From an uncultured Clostridia bacterium (GTDB lineage Bacteria; Bacillota; Clostridia; Christensenellales; DTU072), in contig CALVYG010000047.1 in assembly GCA_944372095.1 (NCBI GenBank), positions 4,678 through 68,677 of the forward strand: a DNA stretch of 64,000 nucleotides, written 5' to 3'. The notes under the pieces were generated by a model. The model had not been told where the DNA came from, did no database searches, and was given only the letters and a program-made list of their open reading frames with translations. The stretch's first letter is position 1, and every line of letters starts with the position of its first letter. This document shows positions 33,091 to 42,880 of this stretch, one piece after another. A program made the position numbers and the translations under genes.

Positions 33091-34455
33091 GTGAGCAAGG
33101 CTAAATCAATAATTATTCTTGTCATCATTACAGCTATTTTTTTAACGCTTGTGTTATTAACAATTCCGCTGAACGGTGAAGAAACTTTCCCGATAGGAGA
33201 CAGTGATGACGATTTTACTTGGATAATCCACGGAATCGACCTTGGAATTGATCTTAAAGGCGGAATTTATGCCGAATACGAATGTTATTTTAACGACGGA
33301 AGAGAGATTACAGATGAAGATATAGAAGGTGCAATGAGTAACCTTGAGGACATTCTTTACGGAAAGGGATATTCGGAAGCAATAGTCGAAAAAGTAACAA
33401 AAGCAGGAAATTCTTATATAAGAGTTGAAGTCGCCGGATTGGAAGATACCGAATCACTTATGAATTTAATCGGTGAATCAAGCACTCTCACATTCCGTAA
33501 TTCGGACGGAGAAATTGTTATGACGGGTACAGGTTATATTGAAACCTGTAATATTACTCAGGACCAAGATAATGCAAGCTATTACGCACTGGCTATTCAA
33601 TTCAATAAAGCCGGTACGGCAAAATTTGCAGAGATTACGGAAACATATAGTGGGCAGACCCTCGCAATCTATATAGATGATACAAAATTGATGGAGCCTA
33701 CCGTAAATGAGACGATTACCACCGGAAATGCCAGCATCTCCGGCAACTTCACATATGAGCAAGCTTATGAATATCAGGTCAAAATTCAAGCCGGTATTAC
33801 AGAAGTCAAACTCAGACTTTATAACTGCGAAACGGTAAGTTCTTCATTAGGTACGGAAGCTCTTAAATACAGTCTTATTGCCGCGGCAATAGGTATCGGA
33901 CTGATAATAATATTTATGATTATTGTTTATCGCGGAATGGGACTTGCTTCGGGATTTGCTTTACTTATTTATACAGAGCTTTTACTATGCGCGCTGGCAC
34001 TCGTTCCATGGGTGGAATTAACCATAAGCGGTATAGCCGGCGTTATTTTGAGCATAGGTATGGCAGTTGACGCTAACGTAATTATTTTCGAAAGGATTAA
34101 AGAGGAAAGATTCGGCAGTGACAGAGCATTCCTGAAAAGCATTCCGACTGCCGTTGACGCAGGATTCAAAAGCGCCTTTGTAACGATACTTGACGCCAAT
34201 ATTACTACAATTATCGGCTCAATAGTCATGATTATTTTCGGGTCGTCGTCTGTTAAAAGTTTCGCAATAACGCTTCTTATCGGTATTATACTTTCAATGT
34301 TCAGTGCAATCTTTATTACAAAAGTATTATTAAAATGTTTCCTCGGCTTGAATGACACCTCTGCAACATTTTATAATCTTGCAGATAAAAGAATTAAAAA
34401 TAAACAAGAAAATACCGAATCTTCTGACATCAGCGGTCAGAATTCAATTGCTTGA
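33091..34455 (+). CDS. secD: Protein translocase subunit SecD
   Basis: It has an N-terminal TM segment, a large periplasmic-type domain and a C-terminal 5-TM block (GIAGVILSIGMAVDANVIIFERIKEE). SD GGAGG is 8 nt before GTG 33091, in frame with the track start at 33076. Confidence 0.9.
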   Translation: MSKAKSIIILVIITAIFLTLVLLTIPLNGEETFPIGDSDDDFTWIIHGIDLGIDLKGGIYAEYECYFNDGREITDEDIEGAMSNLEDILYGKGYSEAIVEKVTKAGNSYIRVEVAGLEDTESLMNLIGESSTLTFRNSDGEIVMTGTGYIETCNITQDQDNASYYALAIQFNKAGTAKFAEITETYSGQTLAIYIDDTKLMEPTVNETITTGNASISGNFTYEQAYEYQVKIQAGITEVKLRLYNCETVSSSLGTEALKYSLIAAAIGIGLIIIFMIIVYRGMGLASGFALLIYTELLLCALALVPWVELTISGIAGVILSIGMAVDANVIIFERIKEERFGSDRAFLKSIPTAVDAGFKSAFVTILDANITTIIGSIVMIIFGSSSVKSFAITLLIGIILSMFSAIFITKVLLKCFLGLNDTSATFYNLADKRIKNKQENTESSDISGQNSIA

Positions 34456-34472
34456 TAATGGGAGATGGTACT

Positions 34473-35534
34473 ATGAGCAAAATAAAAAATCTTTTTGAAA
34501 AAGTAAAAAAATTCGATATATACGGAAACAGAGTAATATTTTATATCATCCCTCTTATCGTTGTTTTGGTTATGATTGTCTGCGGTTTAGTTTATCAACT
34601 CGGCTCAGATAAACAATATTTCGCCAATATAGGAATTGATTTTCAAGGCGGTACAATATTAACCATTGAATTTGAAGACTCGAAAGCAAATGCGGCAAAT
34701 TATGATAAAAACCTTCAAATAATAAAAGATACCGTTGCTTCTCACGACGTAAGCATTTCTCGTGACCAATCAAGCGGGGACAGCACTATAATCGTACAAT
34801 ATACAAACTGGAATAAAGGCGTAGGCGGTACTGTTAACGATGCAGATGCAATGAATAACTTAAATACTCAGATTCAATCCGAACTTTACGCAAAATCCGA
34901 TAAAGGTGAAATCGATAAAATCGTGACTAACGGCATTAATTTTTCAACGATAGGTAACGAATCCAGTAAAAATCTTATAAAAACAAGTGCTATAGCCGTT
35001 TCAATCGCACTTGTGCTTATGTTACTTTATATTATTATCAGATTTGACTTTTACAGCGGGTTAGCGGCAGTAATTGCTCTTTTGCACGACATTATTATTA
35101 TGTTAAGTTTAACGGTAATTTTCTATGTGGAAATAGGGGACAGTATCGTTGCGGGACTTATAACAATCGTTGCTTATTCTATCAATAATACGATAGTAGT
35201 CTTTGACAGAATACGTTCTGTTGTCAAGCCCCTGAATAAACAAGGCAAAAAATACGATGTAAAAGAAGTTATAAATCATGCGATATTCTCAACTATGACG
35301 CGTACATTATATACAACCCTTACAACTCTAGTTGTTATCGTTATACTTGTGGCAATGGGGGTAGCTTCAATTCAAACTTTCGGATTACCGATTATTTTCG
35401 GTCTGATTGCAGGATTCTATTCTTCTGTCTTAATTGCCGCGCCTCTTTGGGGTGAATTCAAAACCATCGGAGAAAAAATTAAACTTAATGCAAAAAATAA
35501 AAAATTTGAAAAAAGACACAGAGCAAAAGCGTAA
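34473..35534 (+). CDS. secF: Protein translocase subunit SecF
   Basis: GIDFQGGT motif and C-terminal TM block (YSINNTIVVFDRIR). The start at ATG 34473 follows a GGAG-containing stretch. Confidence 0.9.
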   Translation: MSKIKNLFEKVKKFDIYGNRVIFYIIPLIVVLVMIVCGLVYQLGSDKQYFANIGIDFQGGTILTIEFEDSKANAANYDKNLQIIKDTVASHDVSISRDQSSGDSTIIVQYTNWNKGVGGTVNDADAMNNLNTQIQSELYAKSDKGEIDKIVTNGINFSTIGNESSKNLIKTSAIAVSIALVLMLLYIIIRFDFYSGLAAVIALLHDIIIMLSLTVIFYVEIGDSIVAGLITIVAYSINNTIVVFDRIRSVVKPLNKQGKKYDVKEVINHAIFSTMTRTLYTTLTTLVVIVILVAMGVASIQTFGLPIIFGLIAGFYSSVLIAAPLWGEFKTIGEKIKLNAKNKKFEKRHRAKA

Positions 35535-35553
35535 ATTTATTTTTGCATAATAT

Positions 35554-35590
35554 ACGGGCGCCTTTGTGCGCCCGTTAAATTTTATTTATA
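35554..35590 (+). terminator. Rho-independent terminator-like hairpin after secF
   Basis: ACGGGCGC (35554-61) pairs with GCGCCCGT (35568-75) around a 6-nt loop, followed by a T-rich stretch TAAATTTTATTT. Confidence 0.6.
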
Positions 35591-35597
35591 TAGCCAT

Positions 35598-37877
35598 ATG
35601 AAATTCCGTAAGAAAAAAACAAATGATTCATTAATCATATCAGAGTTTGCCGAAAAATGCAAAATCAGTCCTTTATTGGCGAATTTATTGCTTACACGTG
35701 GAATTAAAACAGTCAATGAGGCAAATCAATTTCTATACGGTACCGCCAAAAATCTTAATTCACCTTACCTTTTCCCCGATATGTCTGTTGTTGTTTCAAG
35801 AATTGAACTGGCAATATCTAGAAACGAAAAAATAATTGTATACGGTGATTATGATTGTGACGGAGTCGGTGCAACAGCAATTTTTATTCTTTCATTCAAA
35901 GACCGCGGATTAAATATTAATCATTATATTCCCGTGAGAGCAAAAGAAGGATACGGCTTAAATAAGAGCGGAATAAAATACATATACGATACCTATAAAC
36001 CTGATTTACTTATAAGCGTCGATTGCGGAATTAATTCGGTAGAAGAAGTAGAATATGCTAAAAATTTAGGCATTGACGTAATTATTACAGACCATCATCA
36101 ACCCGGTCAAATTTTACCGGATTGTCCTATACTTAATCCTTTTTTAAGCAAAAACATCAGCCCTTTATGCGGTGCAGGAGTTGTATTTATGCTAATTTCC
36201 GCATTATTCGGGTTAGACCAAGCACTAAAATATATCGATATATGCGCCGTTTCAACGATTGCCGACATTGTTCCTTTAATTGGAGACAACCGATTAATAG
36301 TAAAATACGGAATGGCAGCTATTAAAAAAGGACATTGCCGCCCCGGAATAAAAGAATTGTTCTATTCTGCAAAAATTGATTATAAATCGGTAACGACATC
36401 AGATATAGGATACAAAATTGCACCGAGAATAAACGCCGCAGGGCGTTTAAATACGGCAGAAATATCATTGCGGCTGTTAACGGAAGATGATACAACATTA
36501 TTGCACATAACGGCTGACCATTTATCGTTGTTAAACTGCGAACGACAGGAAATGAATTCCCAAATACTGGATGAAAGCCTGAAAATGCTGAAAAAATACG
36601 ATTTTTCTAAATATAAAATAATTATGCTAAAAGGCAACTGGATTGAAGGCGTTGTAGGCATTGTATGTGCAAAAATAGCCGAACTTTTCAATCTGCCTGT
36701 CATATTAGTTTGTTATCAGGAAAACTCAAAAATTCTGAAAGGTTCTGCAAGAAGTATCAACGGTATAAATTTGTTTGAACTTTTCGACAAAAATAACGAA
36801 AAACTTCTGACATACGGCGGACATGAAATGGCTGCCGGCATTTCTTTCTTTGAAAAAGATTTTGATTCTATTCTGAATCAGTTTAATAATTATATATTTA
36901 AGAGTTATGAATCAGATATTTTTGAAAGAAAAACCTTCTATGATTATGAGCTTAATATTAACGATATCACCGACAAAACCATAAAAGAAATTACCTTACT
37001 TGAACCTTTCGGACATGAAAATCCTGCTCCGGTTTTTCTTGATAAATTTTCTTATCCGAAGTTTATTCAAATAGGAAAAAGCGTTCATATAAAATCCAGG
37101 TATAAATCAGGAGAACTTATTGCTTTCAATCGGCTTAATTATATTGACCTATTAAAGAATAATAAATTTTCTTTCATATATTCAATTGAAAAAAATTATT
37201 TTAACGGACGCATTACAACACAATTTCTGCTAAAAGAATTTAAGCTGGATACAAATAATTTCAGAAAAGTCGATTTGATTGAAAACTTTTGTAAAACATT
37301 TATGGTACATAATGATTCTTTTTTACAAACAACAAGAAAAGAAAATCCTTTCCCGATTCTTTATGTAACATATACAGAAGAAGGCATACAAAACCTGTTA
37401 AACAGTTACCCGAACGCTAATTTAATAGCTTATGAAAATCAAAAACTCGAATTAAACAACACAATAGTAATTTCACCGTCAGACGATTTTCCGTTTGAAT
37501 TTTTTTCACGCATTGTTTTCCATGAAAACATAGGCAATAATTTTAAAAATTTTCTTGAAAAAAAGAACATTAAATGTGAATATATAAATAACGAGATTTC
37601 TATAAACAAAATTTCAGTTGATAAATTAAGAAATTTTTATGTTAAATTAAAAAATAATTTTACGCCTTTTGTTAAATTTGTTTCTGCAAAAGCATTATAC
37701 GTGGATATTTTCACCAATAACGTTTATAATGAAAATGACCATCTGGATTTTATTGTCGCATTCTATATATTCAGAGAATTAAATTTGATAAATATTACAG
37801 ATGATGATATAATTAAATTTAACGAAAAAAAGGTAGAACTGACTCAGTCTACGTTGTATAATTACATCAACAGGTAA
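35598..37877 (+). CDS. recJ: Single-stranded-DNA-specific exonuclease RecJ
   Basis: DHH motifs YGDYDCDGV, SVDCG and ITDHHQP, and the DHHA1 motif GGHEMAAG. It is 759 aa with a long C-terminal extension. Confidence 0.9.
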   Translation: MKFRKKKTNDSLIISEFAEKCKISPLLANLLLTRGIKTVNEANQFLYGTAKNLNSPYLFPDMSVVVSRIELAISRNEKIIVYGDYDCDGVGATAIFILSFKDRGLNINHYIPVRAKEGYGLNKSGIKYIYDTYKPDLLISVDCGINSVEEVEYAKNLGIDVIITDHHQPGQILPDCPILNPFLSKNISPLCGAGVVFMLISALFGLDQALKYIDICAVSTIADIVPLIGDNRLIVKYGMAAIKKGHCRPGIKELFYSAKIDYKSVTTSDIGYKIAPRINAAGRLNTAEISLRLLTEDDTTLLHITADHLSLLNCERQEMNSQILDESLKMLKKYDFSKYKIIMLKGNWIEGVVGIVCAKIAELFNLPVILVCYQENSKILKGSARSINGINLFELFDKNNEKLLTYGGHEMAAGISFFEKDFDSILNQFNNYIFKSYESDIFERKTFYDYELNINDITDKTIKEITLLEPFGHENPAPVFLDKFSYPKFIQIGKSVHIKSRYKSGELIAFNRLNYIDLLKNNKFSFIYSIEKNYFNGRITTQFLLKEFKLDTNNFRKVDLIENFCKTFMVHNDSFLQTTRKENPFPILYVTYTEEGIQNLLNSYPNANLIAYENQKLELNNTIVISPSDDFPFEFFSRIVFHENIGNNFKNFLEKKNIKCEYINNEISINKISVDKLRNFYVKLKNNFTPFVKFVSAKALYVDIFTNNVYNENDHLDFIVAFYIFRELNLINITDDDIIKFNEKKVELTQSTLYNYINR

Positions 37878-37880
37878 ATT

Positions 37881-40046
37881 ATGGATTTTCTGAAAAAAGC
37901 AAAAGAAATATATAAGGATGACGAATATCTTGCTATAAAATACGCGCTGGAATTTGCGACTGACGCGCACCGCAATCAAAAACGTGCATCCGGCGAACCA
38001 TATATTCTGCATCCGATGGCGGTTGCCGATATTCTTATGGATTACGGACTAGATTCAGATACAATTATTGCCGCTTTACTTCACGATGTGATAGAAGATA
38101 CAAAATTCAGCGAAAACGATATTAAAACAAAATTCGGTACCGGTATTTACGATATGGTTATGGGCGTAACAAAACTTACGAGAATTAATGTATCTACCGA
38201 AAATACATCAACCGATATTGAACTTGCACAGGCGGAGACAATCAGAAAATTATTTTTTGCTATGGCAAAGGATATAAGAGTATTACTTGTAAAACTCGCC
38301 GACAGACTTCACAATATGCGTACATTGGATTTTCTTCCGCCTGAAAAACGGCTGCGCAAATCCCGTGAAACACTCGATATATACGCTCCGCTTGCAGGTA
38401 GACTCGGTATCTCGGGAATCAAGTGTGAACTTGAAGATTTATCTATGAAATATTTATACCCCGAAGATTACGAATTTCTTTCGAAAAAACTTGATTCACA
38501 AAGAATTAACCGTATGCATTTAGTCGAACGAGTCGCCGAAACACTTTCAGCCCAACTTGACGAATTGGGAATGAAATATGAAATAAAGGGACGACCGAAG
38601 CATTTCTATTCCATTTTCAAAAAAATGCGCAACCAAGGCAAAACATTTGAGGAAATATATGATTTGGTTGCAGTCAGAGTAATAGTAAATACCATAAGTG
38701 ATTGTTATACCGTACTTGGATTGATACATTCGATGTGGAAACCTGTTCCAGGACGATTCAAAGATTATATTGCCTCACCAAAACCCAATATGTATCAAAG
38801 TCTGCATACGACAATAGTTACCGATTTCGGACAAATTTTCGAAGTCCAAATCAGAACGGTAGAAATGAACCGCATAGCAGAATACGGTATTGCGGCTCAT
38901 TGGAAATATAAAGAAGGAATATCTTCTCAGTATATGACCGAATTAGATAAAAAACTCGGTTGGATTAAAGAAGTAATGGATGTTCAAGGCGATTTAAAAG
39001 ATTCTCTTGAATTTCTCGATACACTCAAAATGAATGTTTCCACAAATGAAATATTTATTTTTACGCCGAAAGGAACAGTAATAGATTTGCCGGTCGGTTC
39101 AACCGCAATTGACTTTGCTTACCGTATACACAGCGAAGTTGGTAATCGTTGTATAGGAATGAAAGTCAACAACAAAATTAAACCCGTCAACACAATATTG
39201 GAAAACGGTGATGTCGTTGAAGTATTGACATCCAATAACGCAAAAGGTCCGTCTAGAGACTGGCTTAATTTCGTTAAAACCCCGACAGCAAAAGCTAAAA
39301 TCCGGAGTTACTTCAAAAAAGCAATGAAAACCGAAAATATTAAACTCGGAAAAGATATGCTTGAAGAAGAAGCAAAAAGAAGAGGTTATAATATCAGTGA
39401 TTTAATGATTGATTCCTCCGTAAAACTTATTATGGATAAATACAACCTTAACGATACTGACGATATGTATGCATCGGTAGGTTGCGGAGGAATAAAATCT
39501 CAACAAATTATTGCTAAGCTTATAGAGTTTTATAAAAAGTCAGTTCCCCAATCAGTACCGTATACTTTCGATACGGATAAAGCCACCCGCCACAAACCAC
39601 GCTCAGGTATCAGCGTAGAAGGTTTTGACGACTTTCTGATAAATATTGCCCGATGCTGCAATCCGCTGCCGGGAGACGAAATTGTAGGGTATATAACGAG
39701 AGGCAGAGGCGTTATGGTGCATAAATCTACCTGTCCGAATATTAGAAATGTAGAAAAAGAGCGCTTATTATCAGCAAGTTGGTCAAACATAGACGATTCA
39801 GTGTTTAACGCTCCGCTCCATATTGAAACTGAACCCAATAACTACGCCTTGGCACAAATTACCGGAGCAATTGTAAAACTCAATATACGTATGAGTGCAT
39901 TTACCGCAAGTGAAAATAAAACAAAAGATAAAATGATAGTTAAGGTTGTTTTAGAAATCCATAATGCAACGGACCTTGATAAAGTAATAAAGAAACTCTC
40001 TACACTTAAAGGGATAATTAAAGTAGAAAGAGAAAACATAACATAA
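37881..40046 (+). CDS. relA: Bifunctional (p)ppGpp synthetase/hydrolase
   Basis: HD hydrolase domain (HPMAVA...HDVIEDT), synthetase domain (RPKHFYSIFKKM, DLVAVRVIV, YQSLHTT), and TGS and ACT domains. Confidence 0.95.
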   Translation: MDFLKKAKEIYKDDEYLAIKYALEFATDAHRNQKRASGEPYILHPMAVADILMDYGLDSDTIIAALLHDVIEDTKFSENDIKTKFGTGIYDMVMGVTKLTRINVSTENTSTDIELAQAETIRKLFFAMAKDIRVLLVKLADRLHNMRTLDFLPPEKRLRKSRETLDIYAPLAGRLGISGIKCELEDLSMKYLYPEDYEFLSKKLDSQRINRMHLVERVAETLSAQLDELGMKYEIKGRPKHFYSIFKKMRNQGKTFEEIYDLVAVRVIVNTISDCYTVLGLIHSMWKPVPGRFKDYIASPKPNMYQSLHTTIVTDFGQIFEVQIRTVEMNRIAEYGIAAHWKYKEGISSQYMTELDKKLGWIKEVMDVQGDLKDSLEFLDTLKMNVSTNEIFIFTPKGTVIDLPVGSTAIDFAYRIHSEVGNRCIGMKVNNKIKPVNTILENGDVVEVLTSNNAKGPSRDWLNFVKTPTAKAKIRSYFKKAMKTENIKLGKDMLEEEAKRRGYNISDLMIDSSVKLIMDKYNLNDTDDMYASVGCGGIKSQQIIAKLIEFYKKSVPQSVPYTFDTDKATRHKPRSGISVEGFDDFLINIARCCNPLPGDEIVGYITRGRGVMVHKSTCPNIRNVEKERLLSASWSNIDDSVFNAPLHIETEPNNYALAQITGAIVKLNIRMSAFTASENKTKDKMIVKVVLEIHNATDLDKVIKKLSTLKGIIKVERENIT

Positions 40047-40077
40047 AAAATATTTTTGTAAAAATGCAAAAAAATAT

Positions 40078-40106
40078 TTGACAAAAAAGCAAATATAATA
40101 TATAGT
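40078..40106 (+). promoter_or_regulatory. Sigma-A promoter of the six-tRNA cluster
   Basis: TTGACA (40078-83), 17 nt, TATAGT (40101-06). The first tRNA starts at 40134. Confidence 0.65.
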
Positions 40107-40133
40107 ATTAAACGTCACTTATGAATGTACCAA

Positions 40134-40210
40134 CGGGGTGTAGCGCAGTTTGGTAGCGCACGTGGTTTGGGACCATGGGGTCGGGAGTTCGAGTCTCTTC
40201 ACCCCGACCA
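40134..40210 (+). tRNA. tRNA-Pro (anticodon TGG)
   Basis: Acceptor stem CGGGGTG/CACCCCG, anticodon loop TTTGGGA, T-arm GAGTTCGAGTCTC and encoded CCA. Confidence 0.9.
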
Positions 40211-40235
40211 GTGAGATAAATATATGAAAGAAAAA

Positions 40236-40312
40236 GGGCCTTTAGCTCAGTTGGTTAGAGCGGTCGGCTCATAACCGATTGGTCCGCGGTTCAAGTCCGT
40301 GAAGGCCCACCA
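40236..40312 (+). tRNA. tRNA with CAT anticodon; resembles tRNA-Ile2 (lysidine) more than initiator or elongator Met
   Basis: Acceptor stem GGGCCTT/AAGGCCC and anticodon loop CTCATAA. From memory, the body (TTAGCTCAGTTGGTTAGAGC...TTGGTC) resembles Ile2-type tRNAs. CCA is encoded. Confidence 0.8.
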
Positions 40313-40358
40313 ACATTGAAACTTAATAACTTAACGTAAATATTAAAGTTCTATACAC

Positions 40359-40435
40359 GGTCCGGTAGTTCAGCTGGTTAGAACGCTAGCCTGTCACGCT
40401 AGAGGTCATGGGTTCGAGCCCCATTCGGATCGCCA
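40359..40435 (+). tRNA. tRNA-Asp (anticodon GTC)
   Basis: Anticodon stem GCTAG/CTAGA-type with loop CCTGTCA, T-arm GGGTTCGAGCCCC and encoded CCA. Confidence 0.9.
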
Positions 40436-40440
40436 GTTTT

Positions 40441-40516
40441 GCCTTGGTAGCTCAGCTGGTAGAGCAGGGGACTGAAAATCCCCGTGTCGGTGGTTCAACT
40501 CCGCCCCAAGGCACCA
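40441..40516 (+). tRNA. tRNA-Phe (anticodon GAA)
   Basis: Acceptor stem GCCTTGG/CCAAGGC, anticodon stem GGGGA/TCCCC with loop CTGAAAA, and encoded CCA. Confidence 0.9.
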
Positions 40517-40520
40517 CTTT

Positions 40521-40596
40521 GCTGGCTTAGCTCAACAGGCAGAGCAGCTGATTTGTAATCAGCAGGTTGATGGTTCGATTCCGTTAGCCAGCTCCA
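40521..40596 (+). tRNA. tRNA-Thr (anticodon TGT)
   Basis: Acceptor stem GCTGGCT/AGCCAGC, anticodon stem GCTGA/TCAGC with loop TTTGTAA, T-loop TTCGATT and encoded CCA. Confidence 0.85.
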
Positions 40597-40623
40597 ATAT
40601 TGTGTTAAGTTTTTTTTATATAC

Positions 40624-40708
40624 GGAAGGATTCCCGAGTGGCTAAAGGGAGCAGACTGTAAATCTGCCGTCACCGACTTCGATGGTTCGAATCCATCTCC
40701 TTCCACCA
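40624..40708 (+). tRNA. tRNA-Tyr (anticodon GTA)
   Basis: Acceptor stem GGAAGGA/TCCTTCC, anticodon stem GCAGA/TCTGC with loop CTGTAAA, a long variable arm and encoded CCA. Confidence 0.9.
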
Positions 40709-40709
40709 A

Positions 40710-40746
40710 AATAACCTGATTGAAAATAATCGGGTTATTTTTTTTC
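40710..40746 (+). terminator. Rho-independent terminator of the tRNA cluster
   Basis: About 12-bp stem AATAACCTGATT / AATCGGGTTATT with a 6-nt loop, followed by a T9 run. Confidence 0.8.
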
Positions 40747-40865
40747 TGTACGTTTAATTACCACAAAATAGAGAAAATAAATTTGACATTTTTCGTCATA
40801 TTTCTGTTATATTCCTTTTTTTTTATGGGAATAATTATTTTATTATATTTTTCACGGAGGTAGCA

Positions 40866-41174
40866 ATGAAAGTAAGTACCAAACTTAACCGAGACGAACT
40901 GCACATATATCTTGACGGGGAGCTCGACCACAGTGTTGCCGAAGAAATCCGTACCCAAATTGACGATTATATAGAAAAAAACGCTCCGACGAAAGTAATT
41001 TTAGAAATGGGTAAACTTAAATTTATGGATAGCACAGGTATCGGATTTATTCTAGGTCGATATAAAAAACTTCGTTCGAAACATATCCCTATGTTTATTG
41101 GCTCACCTAATCCACAAATTGATAAAGTTATCAAAATCAGCGGTTTATACAGCATCATTCCATTATTGAGGTGA
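40866..41174 (+). CDS. spoIIAA: Anti-sigma-F factor antagonist SpoIIAA (STAS domain)
   Basis: 102 aa with the phosphorylatable-Ser context FMDSTGIGFILGRY. It lies upstream of spoIIAB-sigF. SD GGAGG lies upstream. Confidence 0.9.
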   Translation: MKVSTKLNRDELHIYLDGELDHSVAEEIRTQIDDYIEKNAPTKVILEMGKLKFMDSTGIGFILGRYKKLRSKHIPMFIGSPNPQIDKVIKISGLYSIIPLLR

Positions 41175-41178
41175 ATAT

Positions 41179-41610
41179 ATGACAAATTATATGACATTAC
41201 GCGTAAAAGCGGTTCCTATTAACGAAAGTTTTGTGCGCGGAGTGGTCGCGGGCTTTACCGTTCCATGCGACCCCACAATCGATGTTATTAACGACGTCAG
41301 AACGGCCGTAAGTGAGGCCGTAACGAATTGTGTAGTCCACGCTTACAGCGGTTCCGGAGAAGGCGACATACTTATTGAGGGTGTACTAAACGACAATTTG
41401 TTGACCATTTCAGTATCCGATTACGGCAAAGGTATTGATAACGTAGAAAAGGCAATGGAAGATTTCTTTACCACAAAAGAAAGCGAAGAAAGAAGCGGCT
41501 TAGGATTCACGATAATGAAAAGTTTTATGGATTCGCTTAAAGTTGTAAGCGAAAAAGGTGCGGGAACGACTGTAACTATGACGAAAAAGCTTACAGATGT
41601 TGAGCATTGA
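41179..41610 (+). CDS. spoIIAB: Anti-sigma-F factor / serine kinase SpoIIAB
   Basis: HATPase_c N-box EAVTNCVVHAY and G-boxes DYGKGI and GLGFT. Confidence 0.9.
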   Translation: MTNYMTLRVKAVPINESFVRGVVAGFTVPCDPTIDVINDVRTAVSEAVTNCVVHAYSGSGEGDILIEGVLNDNLLTISVSDYGKGIDNVEKAMEDFFTTKESEERSGLGFTIMKSFMDSLKVVSEKGAGTTVTMTKKLTDVEH

Positions 41611-42310
41611 AGAAACCGCCGAACTTATAAAGCTTGCTCAAAGCGGAGATGACGGAGCAAAAACCGCACTTTTGCAAAATAATCTTCCTTTAATTAAAAG
41701 CATAGTAAAGAGATATCTGAACAAACAAATAGAATATGATGACCTTATGCAACTCGGAACACTCGGATTTGTTAAGGCATTAAGCAATTTTAAGCCTGAA
41801 TTCGGCGTAAGATTTTCAACATACGCGGTTCCGATGATTGCAGGGGAAATAAAACGTTTCATAAGAGATAACGGTGCAATAAAAGTAAGCAGGTCGGTAA
41901 AAGCCAAGAACCAAAAAATAAATAAATTTATTGAAGAATACCGACAAAATAAGCAAAAAGAACCTTCAATATCTGAAATCGCACAATATATGGAAATAGA
42001 CGAGCAAGACGTCGTATTTATTATGGACAGTTCAAAATATCCGGTTTCAATATACGCAGAAACAGATGAAGACGGTCTCACTCTTGCCGACAAATTATGC
42101 AGCAAAGAAAATAATGACGACTATATTGAAAAACTTGTTTTAAGAGAAATAATTGATAAACTTGACGAAAGAGATAAAAAAATAATAATTTTAAGATATT
42201 ACAGAGACAAAACACAAAGTGAGATTGCAAAAGAATTAGGCGTTTCGCAAGTACAAATAAGCAGGTTGGAAGCGAAACTTCTGGAAAGAATGAAAAAAGA
42301 ACTTGTATAA
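41597..42310 (+). CDS. sigF: Sporulation sigma factor SigF
   Basis: Sigma-70 regions 2 to 4 (YDDLMQLGTLGFVKAL, FSTYAVPMIAGEIKRFIRD, TQSEIAKELGVSQVQISRLE). Its position after spoIIAB supports the call. Confidence 0.9.
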   Translation: MLSIEETAELIKLAQSGDDGAKTALLQNNLPLIKSIVKRYLNKQIEYDDLMQLGTLGFVKALSNFKPEFGVRFSTYAVPMIAGEIKRFIRDNGAIKVSRSVKAKNQKINKFIEEYRQNKQKEPSISEIAQYMEIDEQDVVFIMDSSKYPVSIYAETDEDGLTLADKLCSKENNDDYIEKLVLREIIDKLDERDKKIIILRYYRDKTQSEIAKELGVSQVQISRLEAKLLERMKKELV

Positions 42311-42314
42311 AATG

Positions 42315-42352
42315 ACGCTCCGAGTAAAACAATAACTTTGGAGCGTTTTTTT
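42315..42352 (+). terminator. Rho-independent terminator after sigF
   Basis: ACGCTCC (42315-21) pairs with GGAGCGT (42340-46), followed by a T7 run. Confidence 0.65.
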
Positions 42353-42422
42353 ATGAGAAAAGATTATATTGAAAATACTGAAATTTTTCGCCCCGAAAAA
42401 GAAAAAATCGAGGAAATGAGAA

Positions 42423-42872
42423 ATGATGTTAGATAAAGAAAAACAAAAGGAATATCTTGCAGAAGTAAGAAAAGAAATGCCGAAAACAAAACATTTTTCC
42501 ACAATGTTAAAGGCATTTATTACCGGTGGATTAATTTGTTGCGTAGGACAATCGATAAGTTTATTGATAAAGCACTTTTTCCCGGAATTTGACGAAAAAA
42601 CAGTAAGCGGTTTTACTACAATGTTTATGATTTTAATTACCTGCGTTTTAACCGGCTTCGGAATTTACGACAAAATCGGGTCATTCGGAGGTGCAGGAAG
42701 TATAATTCCTATAACAGGATTTGCTAATTCAATAGTTAGTCCTGCAATCGAACACAAACGAGAAGGCATTATTTTGGGACTATGCGCCAATATGTTTTCA
42801 ATAGCGGGTCCGGTAATCGTATTCGGTATAAGCGCTAGTATTTTAGTCGGTATCATTTATCTGTTTATCTAA
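42423..42872 (+). CDS. spoVAC: Stage V sporulation protein AC
   Basis: 149-aa 4-TM protein with GSIIPITGFANS and IAGPVIVFG motifs typical of SpoVAC. Confidence 0.9.
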   Translation: MMLDKEKQKEYLAEVRKEMPKTKHFSTMLKAFITGGLICCVGQSISLLIKHFFPEFDEKTVSGFTTMFMILITCVLTGFGIYDKIGSFGGAGSIIPITGFANSIVSPAIEHKREGIILGLCANMFSIAGPVIVFGISASILVGIIYLFI

Positions 42873-42880
42873 TCCTGCCC

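Noticed and set aside
35564-35600. Possible leaderless arrangement at recJ: TTGTGC, 17 nt, TATATA, 5 nt, ATG 35598, with no SD.
   Set aside because: Both hexamers are poor matches. The -35 lies inside the secF terminator stem and the spacing to the ATG is short. recJ may simply be read through from secDF.
40047-40077. A/T-only palindromic sequence after relA (AAAAATATTTTT...), considered as a possible terminator.
   Set aside because: It has no G-C-containing stem, so the predicted stability is negligible. It is more likely part of the UP-like region of the tRNA promoter.
40783-40865. spoIIA upstream region: TTGACA at 40783-88, a TTCGTCA element (40792-98) matching the Spo0A-box pattern TTCGNCA, and a GGGAATAA that could be a sigma-H -10.
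   Set aside because: A single 7-mer match is expected by chance. I could not find an AGGA-type sigma-H -35 at the right distance, and the sigma-A-type spacing would be 19 nt. The evidence is not strong enough to call.
42353-42436. 27-codon ORF (MRKDYIENTEIFRPEKEKIEEMRNDVR) between the sigF terminator and spoVAC, overlapping the spoVAC start out of frame.
   Set aside because: It has no SD and no recognisable family, and it sits in the spoVAC 5' UTR. It is most likely fortuitous.
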